From an uncultured Ignavibacteriaceae bacterium (GTDB lineage: Bacteria > Bacteroidota > Ignavibacteria > UBA10030): a stretch of 64,000 bases of DNA. The translations under genes and the position numbers were made by a program. Numbering within the stretch: the stretch's first letter is position 1; each line of letters starts with the position of its first letter. The notes under the pieces are model-generated. The model made no database searches. It saw nothing but the letters and a program-made list of their open reading frames with translations, and was not told where the DNA came from. Positions 9,086 through 16,933 of this stretch are shown here, piece after piece. The stretch lies in contig CAZYYD010000011.1 of assembly GCA_964651225.1 (NCBI GenBank), positions 25,160-89,159 of the forward strand, written 5' to 3'.

Positions 9086-9162
9086 TGTCGATCGGTTCGA
9101 CACGTTTGCGGCATATGTCGATTGAATCGACACATACATGAAACCTGTCCCACGGCGGGACA
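9086..9162. promoter_or_regulatory. Three phased 17-nt palindromes TGTCNN-N5-NNGACA
   Basis: The three palindromes are tgtcgatcggttcgaca (9086-9102), tgtcgattgaatcgaca (9116-9132) and tgtcccacggcgggaca (9146-9162). Their starts are exactly 30 nt apart and the flanks also match (atatgtcgat...). Confidence 0.55.
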
Positions 9163-9283
9163 CGTTCGAAAAAGATGTGTTCCAGTGCCTTTATCTTCTT
9201 TACTGCTACTGTGTGTAGCGATCAATGCGCCTTTCGCTTGCGTGTGTATATCTTCCTTCTTCCCCCTCCGACCCCGTAAATAT

Positions 9284-9302
9284 CTAGAGGAGTTTCCTAT
9301 AG
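9284..9302. repeat. Island palindrome copy (ctagaggagtttcctatag)
   Basis: Lies about 90 nt upstream of the nuclease operon. It is followed by gaagccgctgcttattgctgactttctc, similar to the tails of the copies at 4900 and 5691. Confidence 0.6.
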
Positions 9303-9390
9303 AAGCCGCTGCTTATTGCTGACTTTCTCGGTCTCATTCAATACCATTAGAGTGTAGACGAAAGAAGTCAAGATGAACAAGGAGCGGGTC

Positions 9391-10233
9391 ATGAAAAAAA
9401 AGAATCCTCAACCGAAAAAATTCAGTTATTATTTCAAGAAAGCGGATGCATTCAACATCCTCTATCCTGTAGAGCATGTGATTGAGATCTCGAACGCATT
9501 CAGACTCATACCCGAAATCATCACGGTCGATCCCCGCCCCGCGGCAGGAGACATCTGGGATATGGGGGAGCGGAAAAACGATCAGGGGGAGATGTGCCGC
9601 GCCTATGTCTTGACGAACCGCGCATTGCAGCGTATTGCCCAGGCCGCCGAGATCACCTTCGATCCACGTCACACGCACCGGACGGATGACGGCAGGAACC
9701 CCCGTCGGGTTGAGTACCAGGCGACAGGCCTGCTTCGCAGGCAGGACGGGCACTGGATGAGCATCACACAGTCAAAGGAAATTGATCTTGACGTGATCGA
9801 GTCAGAGATCAGGACAGAACTCGAGGTGGCTGCGGCCGGCAGCGGTCTCACAATCTCCAGGAACGGCAAGGAGCAGATTCTCAGACCTGACAATCCGGAA
9901 TGCGCCAGAGAAATTGCCCGCCGCATTGCCGTCAGAATGCGGCTGTGGAAAAGGAACAAGGTGACCTTCGCCCTCACCGGTGCCACCAAACGCGTCATTC
10001 GTGCTCTGCTGCTCATCAAGGATTTCTACACGATGGAGGATCTCAAGAAGCCATTTGTCGTTCCCCGCGTCTCTCTCGATATCGACCGTCTTCTGGAAGA
10101 TGGGGAGATCAAGAAGCATTTCACGGCCTCGTTTCTTGAACAGTCCCTGAGCGTCTTCGGTCCGATGTCAGAGCCGGAGCGTTCCCGCGCGGCGATTGGT
10201 CTTGGTGTCCACACGGCGGGAGGGGCTCTATGA
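9391..10233 (+). CDS. Hypothetical protein, candidate Erf/Rad52-like single-strand annealing protein
   Basis: The ORF track gives 9373-10233. The second ATG at 9391 is preceded by aaggag with a 6-nt spacer. The segment FALTGATKRVIRALLLIKDFYTMED resembles the Erf/Rad52-type helix as I recall it from P22 Erf (..QVTGATSSYARKYCLNGLFGIDD). The stop overlaps the next start (ATGA at 10230-10233). Confidence 0.6.
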   Translation: MKKKNPQPKKFSYYFKKADAFNILYPVEHVIEISNAFRLIPEIITVDPRPAAGDIWDMGERKNDQGEMCRAYVLTNRALQRIAQAAEITFDPRHTHRTDDGRNPRRVEYQATGLLRRQDGHWMSITQSKEIDLDVIESEIRTELEVAAAGSGLTISRNGKEQILRPDNPECAREIARRIAVRMRLWKRNKVTFALTGATKRVIRALLLIKDFYTMEDLKKPFVVPRVSLDIDRLLEDGEIKKHFTASFLEQSLSVFGPMSEPERSRAAIGLGVHTAGGAL

Positions 10234-11438
10234 AAATTGTCCATACCGCCGACTGGCACTGGTCGGAACATCGGCTCGATAAATGCCGGCAGAGCGCTGA
10301 GTTCATCCTTGCCCGGCTGGAAGACATTCGGCCCGATCTCCATATCATTGCGGGGGATTACTGGGACAAACGGCAGGTGCTGGCGCGCTCGAGTGCTGCG
10401 CTTCCGGCGATCGAAGCCATGATGCGACTGGCTTCGATCTCGCCGGTGATCGTCATTCTGGGAAATGATGCCCATGATGCGGCTGGAAGTCTGGAGCTCT
10501 TCGGCGATCTTCGAACCGTCTATCCGGTCTATGCTTCGGAGCGTCCGGAAACGATCGCCCTGCGGCTGGGAAAGGATGCGCAGCCATATTTTGAACGCTG
10601 CGCGCCCTTCAGCGATTTGGAAAAAAAATCAGGGGTGCCGCAGGTGCTTGTGCATCTCCTGCCGTATTTCACGAAAAGCCACCTGCTGGCAGAGCGTTCG
10701 GAGATGTCTATCGATGCTTCGAACCTTTACCTCCGGGAATCGCTGAGAAAGATATTCCTGGGCTTTGCGGCTGTCGGAGCCGGCCATGCCTGTCCGCATA
10801 TCCTTGCGGGTCACTGCAGCATCACCGGCGCTCTCATCTCCTCCGGGCAGACGCTGATCGGGCAGGACGTTGAAGTTTCAAAGAATGACCTGGCTCTGGC
10901 ATGCGCTGACTACTATGCTCTCGGCCATATCCATGTGAATCAGGAGATCGCTCCTGGCATGTGGTATGCCGGAAGCACGTATCACAACAATTTCGGAGAG
11001 ACGGAACGGAAGTACTTCAACATCGTGGACTTCGCGCACAAGCGTCTTGCCGTCGAGAGGATCGAAATTCCTTCGCGCCCGCTCTCGCTCCATGAGGTAC
11101 GGCTGGATTCAGCGACTGACACGCTGGTGGATGAGAAAGGAGTCGAGGACTGGTCGGGTGCGGAACTCCGCGTCCGGGTGCATTTGAAAAAGGAACAGGA
11201 ACGATCTGTCGATGACGGTCGGATCCGCCGGAAGTTTCCCGGGGCATGGTCGTACTCGATCGAGCGGATCATCGCTCCCGAGGAGCGGCTTCGTTCGGAG
11301 GGAATCGCGGATGCCCGAAGCCTGAAGGAGAAGCTCCGGGAATGGGCCTTCACGGTCGAACGAGATGTGCCGAACGAGGTCCTGGAGATTGCCGATGAAG
11401 CGGAAGCTGCCGTACGATCCACCATCCAGGAAGGGTAG
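10230..11438 (+). CDS. Mre11/SbcD-like calcineurin-type metallophosphoesterase (nuclease subunit)
   Basis: Ordered phosphoesterase motifs are present: HTADWHW (D-x-H), AGDYWD (GD-x-x-D), GNDAHD (GN-[DH]), AGH and LGHIH (G-H-x-H). At 402 aa it has typical SbcD size. Confidence 0.85.
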   Translation: MKIVHTADWHWSEHRLDKCRQSAEFILARLEDIRPDLHIIAGDYWDKRQVLARSSAALPAIEAMMRLASISPVIVILGNDAHDAAGSLELFGDLRTVYPVYASERPETIALRLGKDAQPYFERCAPFSDLEKKSGVPQVLVHLLPYFTKSHLLAERSEMSIDASNLYLRESLRKIFLGFAAVGAGHACPHILAGHCSITGALISSGQTLIGQDVEVSKNDLALACADYYALGHIHVNQEIAPGMWYAGSTYHNNFGETERKYFNIVDFAHKRLAVERIEIPSRPLSLHEVRLDSATDTLVDEKGVEDWSGAELRVRVHLKKEQERSVDDGRIRRKFPGAWSYSIERIIAPEERLRSEGIADARSLKEKLREWAFTVERDVPNEVLEIADEAEAAVRSTIQEG

Positions 11439-11445
11439 GAAAACA

Positions 11446-13854
11446 ATGAAACCGATATCATTGAAACTGCGCGGAGCTCTTGGGATTCGTGATGGTCTCG
11501 ATCTCGAGGAGATCGAACTTGATCTCACATGCTTTTCGCCGGGACTCATCTGCATTGTCGGACCGAATGGATCGGGGAAAACGACCCTCATGGATAATCT
11601 CCATCCGTTTCTGGAGCTGCCTAGCCGCACGGGGTCGCTCGCGAATCATTTCTTCCTGCGCGACAGCATGCGTGAATTCGTCTTTGCGCTCGGCGGGAGA
11701 ACCTATCGTTCCTGCGTCCTGATCGATGCACAGACCAGGAAGACCGAGGCCTATCTCTACCAGGGCGATACTGTGATGAATGACGGCCGCATCTCATCGT
11801 ACAACGCGAAGGTCGAACAGCTCGTCGGATCATCCGCCCTGTTCTTCAAGAGCATCTTCGCCGCGCAGGGAGCAAGCGGGATTACGCGCATGACGAGCGC
11901 CGAGCGCAAGGAACTGTTCTTTGAGCTCTTGGATCTTCAGATCTATGAGGCCTATGTCCAGTATGCGGGAGGTAAAATCGCAGAGATGGAGAAAGAGTAT
12001 GCCGCCTCCAGAGCCGTTGCCGAACGGGGAAGGAAGGAATTGGACGAGCGCGCACATGTTGAGTCAGAACTGGCGTTCTCGAAGAAGGAAATGGAGAACT
12101 TGACCTCGCTCCTTGCTATGAAGACCGTAGCGGTAAAAGAAATCGAAGCACGGGTACGCGGCATTCAGCGGGAGCTTGAGGAGCAGAACCGCCGGAGGCA
12201 GGAACACGCCCAGCTGAAGACAGAGATCGCCGCCCTGGAAAAGAAGCTCGATCAAGCCTCGGCGCACCACGCCTCGGAAATAAAAGAGCTCACGGATAAA
12301 CAGACCGAAGGTCAGCGGGAGATCACGCGGCTCAGAGGAATCCTCGGGCGCAGCGTTGAGATCAGGAGCCATGTTGAGCATCTGTGCAAATTACGCCTCC
12401 GTCAGGATGAGCTCGCGCAGATGGAAAAAGAGTTTATCGCATGGCAGCAAAGAGAGAGCGAACGGAAATTGAAGATCCAGCAGCAATTGCATCAGCGCAC
12501 GATGGAGCTCGGAGGCCTGAAGCAGGAGGAGGCAAAACTCTTATCAGAAGCACAGCGCCTGAGATCTGCTGCGGAGAGAGAGACGGCCCTGGTCTCCCGC
12601 CGTCTGGCTGATGTGCGAGCGGTGGCCGCCCCTGTGAATGCGGTTCCATGCCGGGAGAGAGAAGGGCTCTTCACCGCCTGCACCCTGCTGCTCAACGCAC
12701 GAAAGGCGCTCGACGACATTCCAGCTCTTGAGGAGAAACTCAGGTCTCTTGAATCACAGGAGTACTATGAAAGCATCGGCGGAGGAGAGGTTAACGCGAA
12801 GCTCAGCGCTCTGCGAGAGACCCAACGGAGATTGACCGAGAGTGTGACTGTTGATGAATCTCTGACGAAGCAAGGGACATCTCTTCCCCCGGTGGGTTAT
12901 GATACAACCATCCACCAGGAGGTGAGAGACAGGATCAAAAAGCTTGAGGCTGATCATTGGGAACAGCTCGCTGTTGAATTGCAGGTAGCCGGTTCGGTCC
13001 TGAAGGAAAAAGAAAACCAGCAGCAAAGCCTCTCTGCTCAAAGAATCGAAAGAGAAACAAGAGGCAACATTCTTCTCGGGGAAATCAAGGCTCAGATCGC
13101 CGAGAAGCGTGACCGGTGCCGGGAGGCGGAGGATTCGAGGGATTACGCACGGCTTGCAGAGCAGTGCAGCAGGGAACTGAAGGAGGCGGAGCGGTCTCTC
13201 GTCGAGCTCCGGAAGCAGGAACTCGGACTCCACGCATGCATTGCTTCAGCAGAGGCTACACTGCAGCGCTTGGAGAAGCTTCAGGAAGAGGTCTCCGGGA
13301 ATGAAGCTAACATCCGAACGCTCATGAAGAGTCTTGAAGAGTGGAAGTTCTTTCAGCGCGCCTGTTCCAAGGAGGGCATTCCCGCCCTGGAATTGGATGC
13401 CGCCGGCCCAGCCGTGAGCCGCATCGCCAATGATCTTCTCGCTTCCTCGTTCGGTGTCCGGTTCCAGATCGCCTTTGAGACCACCCGGCTCTCGAAGGAC
13501 GGGAAGAAGCAGTTGGAGACCTTTGACATCCGGATCATGGGCGAGGCAGGCGAAAAACATATTGAGGATCTCAGCGGGGGAGAACAGGTGTGGATCGAGC
13601 GGGCGATCTCCGAAGCGATCGCCATCTATCTCTCCCGGAAATCGGGGAAGGAATACCTCACCACGTTCCAGGATGAGTCCGACGGGGCTCTCGATCCGGA
13701 GAACAAGCAGAACTACCTTCGGATGCTGCAGGAATCCTTCCGCCTCGGACGCAGAGCGTTTACCTTTGTCATCACGCAGAGTCCCGAGATCTGGCAGCAG
13801 GTCGAGCAGCGGATCCACCTCTCCCGGGAGTCATCGATGGAACTTGTATACTAG
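11446..13854 (+). CDS. Rad50/SbcC/T4 gp46-like SMC-type ATPase (802 aa)
   Basis: ATG 11446 follows agga, 7 nt after the upstream stop. Walker A is GPNGSGKTT. The central region is long, heptad-rich and K/E/R/Q/L-rich. The signature motif is LSGGEQ and Walker B/D-loop is TTFQDESDGALD. Confidence 0.85.
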   Translation: MKPISLKLRGALGIRDGLDLEEIELDLTCFSPGLICIVGPNGSGKTTLMDNLHPFLELPSRTGSLANHFFLRDSMREFVFALGGRTYRSCVLIDAQTRKTEAYLYQGDTVMNDGRISSYNAKVEQLVGSSALFFKSIFAAQGASGITRMTSAERKELFFELLDLQIYEAYVQYAGGKIAEMEKEYAASRAVAERGRKELDERAHVESELAFSKKEMENLTSLLAMKTVAVKEIEARVRGIQRELEEQNRRRQEHAQLKTEIAALEKKLDQASAHHASEIKELTDKQTEGQREITRLRGILGRSVEIRSHVEHLCKLRLRQDELAQMEKEFIAWQQRESERKLKIQQQLHQRTMELGGLKQEEAKLLSEAQRLRSAAERETALVSRRLADVRAVAAPVNAVPCREREGLFTACTLLLNARKALDDIPALEEKLRSLESQEYYESIGGGEVNAKLSALRETQRRLTESVTVDESLTKQGTSLPPVGYDTTIHQEVRDRIKKLEADHWEQLAVELQVAGSVLKEKENQQQSLSAQRIERETRGNILLGEIKAQIAEKRDRCREAEDSRDYARLAEQCSRELKEAERSLVELRKQELGLHACIASAEATLQRLEKLQEEVSGNEANIRTLMKSLEEWKFFQRACSKEGIPALELDAAGPAVSRIANDLLASSFGVRFQIAFETTRLSKDGKKQLETFDIRIMGEAGEKHIEDLSGGEQVWIERAISEAIAIYLSRKSGKEYLTTFQDESDGALDPENKQNYLRMLQESFRLGRRAFTFVITQSPEIWQQVEQRIHLSRESSMELVY

Positions 13855-13864
13855 GAGAGAGTCT

Positions 13865-14260
13865 ATGAAACAGAACGAAGAACTCATTGCAGAGCTCGAC
13901 GCCCTTCGGGCGATCCATGGCGAGAGCGCATTTGAACGTGCAGTCCAGATGATACGGTGCCGCAAGCTGACACTGTTCTCCCGGCCGCCGCGGAAGAAAT
14001 TCCCCTGGGCGAAATACCGGAAGCTCTATCAGCTGCAGCAGGGAATGTGCCCCTACTGCAATACGCCGCTCTTTCTGAAGAAGGGGGAGGTCGAGATCGA
14101 TCACCGGGACCCCAACCGTCCGGACTTTAATGCGGAAACCAACCTGCAGCTTCTGCACAAGCGCTGCAACCGGAAGAAGTCCGCCCGCTCGATTCCCGCA
14201 GAGGCAAAATCACACAATACGACATACATCCATCTGCTCACGGGGAAGGGTGACACATGA
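13865..14260 (+). CDS. HNH endonuclease (131 aa)
   Basis: ATG 13865 follows aggagag. The HNH layout is CPYCNTPL...EIDHRDP...NLQLLHKRCNRKK (C-x-x-C ... D-H ... N ... H-x-x-C-N). Confidence 0.8.
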   Translation: MKQNEELIAELDALRAIHGESAFERAVQMIRCRKLTLFSRPPRKKFPWAKYRKLYQLQQGMCPYCNTPLFLKKGEVEIDHRDPNRPDFNAETNLQLLHKRCNRKKSARSIPAEAKSHNTTYIHLLTGKGDT

Positions 14261-14353
14261 TCGAATGGAGAAGGAATACGTCTTTTCGACCGCCATCTTA
14301 GAGGAATTTGCTTATTATATACAAAAGTATATATTTATATACAATAGTATATA
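14231..14353 (+). repeat. Direct repeat DR1 (3' end of HNH gene plus operator pair)
   Basis: catctgctcacggggaagggtgacacatgatcgaatggagaaggaa...tatatacaaaagtatata.. aligns with 16515-16637 (catctgctcatggggaagggtgattcgtgatcgaatggaggaggaa...tatatacaaaagtatata..). Confidence 0.75.
14316..14353. promoter_or_regulatory. Two tandem inverted repeats TATATAC-N4-GTATATA (candidate operators)
   Basis: The repeats are tatatacaaaagtatata (14316-14333) and tatatacaatagtatata (14336-14353). Their starts are 20 nt apart and they lie 42 nt upstream of the wHTH-NTase gene. The same pair recurs at 16600-16637. Confidence 0.55.
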
Positions 14354-14394
14354 ATGACGTTCGTTCTAAGAACATATCCTGAAAGGATCTTCCG

Positions 14395-15006
14395 ATGGTC
14401 ATTTATCGTGTACTCGATGAAGTGTTTCGGTCCTGGTCTAGTACGGCGGTGTTACGTGCACTGCTGGATACAACAACGGGTTGTACGGGGAATGAAACAG
14501 CCCGCCGTTCCGGGATGCATCCGAGGTCGGCTCTCAAAGCGCTAACCTCGCTTGAAGAACTCGGCCTTGTTCGTCGCCAGCGCGGAGGAAGGGACCATCT
14601 CTTTACCCTCAATCGCAGTCATTATTTGGTCCAGAATGTTGTGGAACGAATATTTATGGCAGAACAGAACTATTATAATGAAATCATCGAGATGCTGGCA
14701 TCTCTCTTGGACCGCTCTGTGCTCAATGCTACTATATTTGGAAGTGTTGCCAAGCACACTGCAACACGGCTGTCTGATCTTGATCTTTGCTGTATTGTAA
14801 AAACAGAAAAACTCAAAGACTCCCCGCGCATTCTTCTGAATACCGAGGCTCAAAAGCTCTACCAGTCATTTGGTATTAAGGTTGCTCCCATTGTCTTCAC
14901 GCTCGAGGAAGCAAAGAAAAAATCTAAGTCGATGCTCGTCCGGGATATGCTTGACCATGGGATATTCGTTACGGGCAGGAAAATGAAAGATCTTCTCAAT
15001 GACTAG
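14395..15006 (+). CDS. wHTH (MarR/ArsR-like) fused to a minimal nucleotidyltransferase domain
   Basis: N-terminal wHTH VLRALLDTTTGCTGNETARRSGMHPRSALKALTSLEELGLVRRQRGGRDHLF. NTase motif IFGSVAKHTATRLSDLDLCCIV (G-S-x9-12-D-x-D). Confidence 0.75.
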   Translation: MVIYRVLDEVFRSWSSTAVLRALLDTTTGCTGNETARRSGMHPRSALKALTSLEELGLVRRQRGGRDHLFTLNRSHYLVQNVVERIFMAEQNYYNEIIEMLASLLDRSVLNATIFGSVAKHTATRLSDLDLCCIVKTEKLKDSPRILLNTEAQKLYQSFGIKVAPIVFTLEEAKKKSKSMLVRDMLDHGIFVTGRKMKDLLND

Positions 15007-15109
15007 ACAGCTATGAATATTGCATCTGTTCCAATCTGCGCTTTGACTGATGACAAATCATTAAAATAATAAACTGAGAATTATATCTCTGAACTGCCCG
15101 CGATAAGTT

Positions 15110-16330
15110 TTACATCATCCCCACCGGCACCGCCTGTACGGACTCCGTAATCGGCAGCCGCTGCGAAACAAGTGACACGACACAGCCAGGTCCGATAGGC
15201 AACTTTAACGTGTCCAGCGCTCTGAAATGACGAACCGCATCTTTTCCCGGGTTGGTAGACTTCTTGATCTCTATCGGATAGATAATCCCGTCTTGATGGA
15301 TCAGCAGATCAACTTCTTTAGTGTCTTTATCGCGATAATAATAGAGAGATGCTCTTTTACCGTTGTGCCACCAGCTTTTTATGACTTCGGAAACAATCCA
15401 TGTTTCGAGAAGCGCCCCGGACATCGCTCCCGCTTCCAGTGTTGCAGCGCTCGACCATTCGGTCAACCAGGCGGCGAGGCCGGTATCGAGAAAATAGAGC
15501 TTGGGTGTTTTCACCAGTCTTTTTGTAACATTCGTATGATACGGTTCGAGAAGATATGCAATGCCGGAGTTCTCGAGGATGGAAAGCCATCTTTTCCCGG
15601 TTGCCTGATTGATATTGCTGTCACGGCAAAGGTCTTGCATATTCAGCATTTGACCTGTGCGGGCTGCGCTTGCCCGAAGAAATCGCAGGAAGGCACTTTC
15701 GTTACCCACATTGGCAAGATCCCGTACATCCCGTTGCAGATATGTTTGCACATAGGAACTGTAAAAAAGATACCGATCTGTAAAAGTCTTCTGATAGAGA
15801 GAGGGGAATGATCCAAGCCAGATTTTCTTGTAAAGAGTGGCAAGCGTGAGTGTTTTTGACTTTTCCCGCGAACGAAGAAGTGCTGGGGTCGGCAGAAATG
15901 GTCCGGCCGATGCATTGTTTCCCAATTCACGTTGTGAAAAACCGAGTAGTCGAACAACTGCAACCCGGCCGGCAAGAGTTTCAGAAATCCCTTTCATCAG
16001 ATGAAACTGTTGAGAACCGGTCAGCCAAAACCGACCTGCGGTTCGATCGCTGTCAACGGACATTTTGATATAGGAAAGAAGTTCAGGTGCATAGTGGATC
16101 TCATCGATCAGCAACGGCGTAGGAAATCGCTGGAGGAACAACGCTGGATCCGTTTTCGCCAGTGAACGGATCATGGGATCATCCAACGTGACATACGTTC
16201 TCCCTTTTTCTGCGAGATGTCGTAGAAAAGTAGTCTTCCCGATCTGCCGTGGTCCAGTCACCAGCATCACGGGAAATTGCCGAGAAGCCGACTGAAAATA
16301 CTTCTCGAGAGTTCTTGCTCTGTATTTCAT
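15110..16330 (-). CDS. AAA+ ATPase of the AAA_14/DUF4143 type
   Basis: Walker A VTGPRQIGKTT, Walker B LLIDEIHY, and the typical 400-aa architecture with a C-terminal DUF4143-like region (..YYYRDKDTKEVDLLI..). Confidence 0.85.
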   Translation of the reverse strand: MKYRARTLEKYFQSASRQFPVMLVTGPRQIGKTTFLRHLAEKGRTYVTLDDPMIRSLAKTDPALFLQRFPTPLLIDEIHYAPELLSYIKMSVDSDRTAGRFWLTGSQQFHLMKGISETLAGRVAVVRLLGFSQRELGNNASAGPFLPTPALLRSREKSKTLTLATLYKKIWLGSFPSLYQKTFTDRYLFYSSYVQTYLQRDVRDLANVGNESAFLRFLRASAARTGQMLNMQDLCRDSNINQATGKRWLSILENSGIAYLLEPYHTNVTKRLVKTPKLYFLDTGLAAWLTEWSSAATLEAGAMSGALLETWIVSEVIKSWWHNGKRASLYYYRDKDTKEVDLLIHQDGIIYPIEIKKSTNPGKDAVRHFRALDTLKLPIGPGCVVSLVSQRLPITESVQAVPVGMM

Positions 16331-16514
16331 GGTTCGTCCATTATGTTAGTCTTATAACAATATAGCCGATTTATTGAAATAGTCAAATGGAATATCATAC
16401 AGCTTCCCGGATTGTAGAGGATGAAGTCATGAATCTTTCGGAGGGACAAGCAAGAATGTGATTTCCATTATGGTGGGAGATCCACGTGGAGCAATCGTTC
16501 ATACAACGTACGTT

Positions 16515-16637
16515 CATCTGCTCATGGGGAAGGGTGATTCGTGATCGAATGGAGGAGGAAAACGCATGTTCGACCTGCATTTTGAAGGAATGTGTTGATT
16601 ATATACAAAAGTATATATGTATATACTTAAGTCTATA
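16515..16637 (+). repeat. Direct repeat DR2 (orphan copy of the HNH 3' end plus operator pair)
   Basis: See DR1. Here no intact ORF precedes the copy. It lies 185-300 nt upstream of the start of the minus-strand ATPase gene. Confidence 0.75.
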
Positions 16638-16915
16638 AAGACATTTTTTCCCCCTCTCGAATGAAATCCTAAGTTTCAAGGATGTGAGTTTGTCCCTCTT
16701 CATGCATAAATGTCCCATGTATATCAAAACTTGTAGAGAGTACCTTGGAAATCATCTTTCTCATAAGGATCCAAGATATTTTTACTTTCGAATAAAACCC
16801 TGAACAGAATATTCTTTTGTTCATAAGGACAAGGATCTTAACCCCTGTTCATTCAGATTGCCTTCCATTCCCGATTCCTCTCTCGTTTTATTCTGCGAAC
16901 GAACTCAGAATTATT

Positions 16916-16933
16916 CAAAGGAATTTCCTATAG
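16916..16933. repeat. Island palindrome copy (caaaggaatttcctatag)
   Basis: AGGAATTTCCT core in the 1-kb AT-rich spacer. A half-copy, tctataggaaatc, is at 17151-17163. Confidence 0.6.

Noticed and set aside
12754-13818. Two minus-strand ORFs (159 and 190 aa) inside the Rad50/SbcC-like gene, and similar ones at 10026-10475 and 10982-11630
   Set aside because: The GC-rich + strand genes carry complete catalytic motifs. The antisense products are Arg/Ser/Pro-rich low-complexity translations typical of shadow ORFs.
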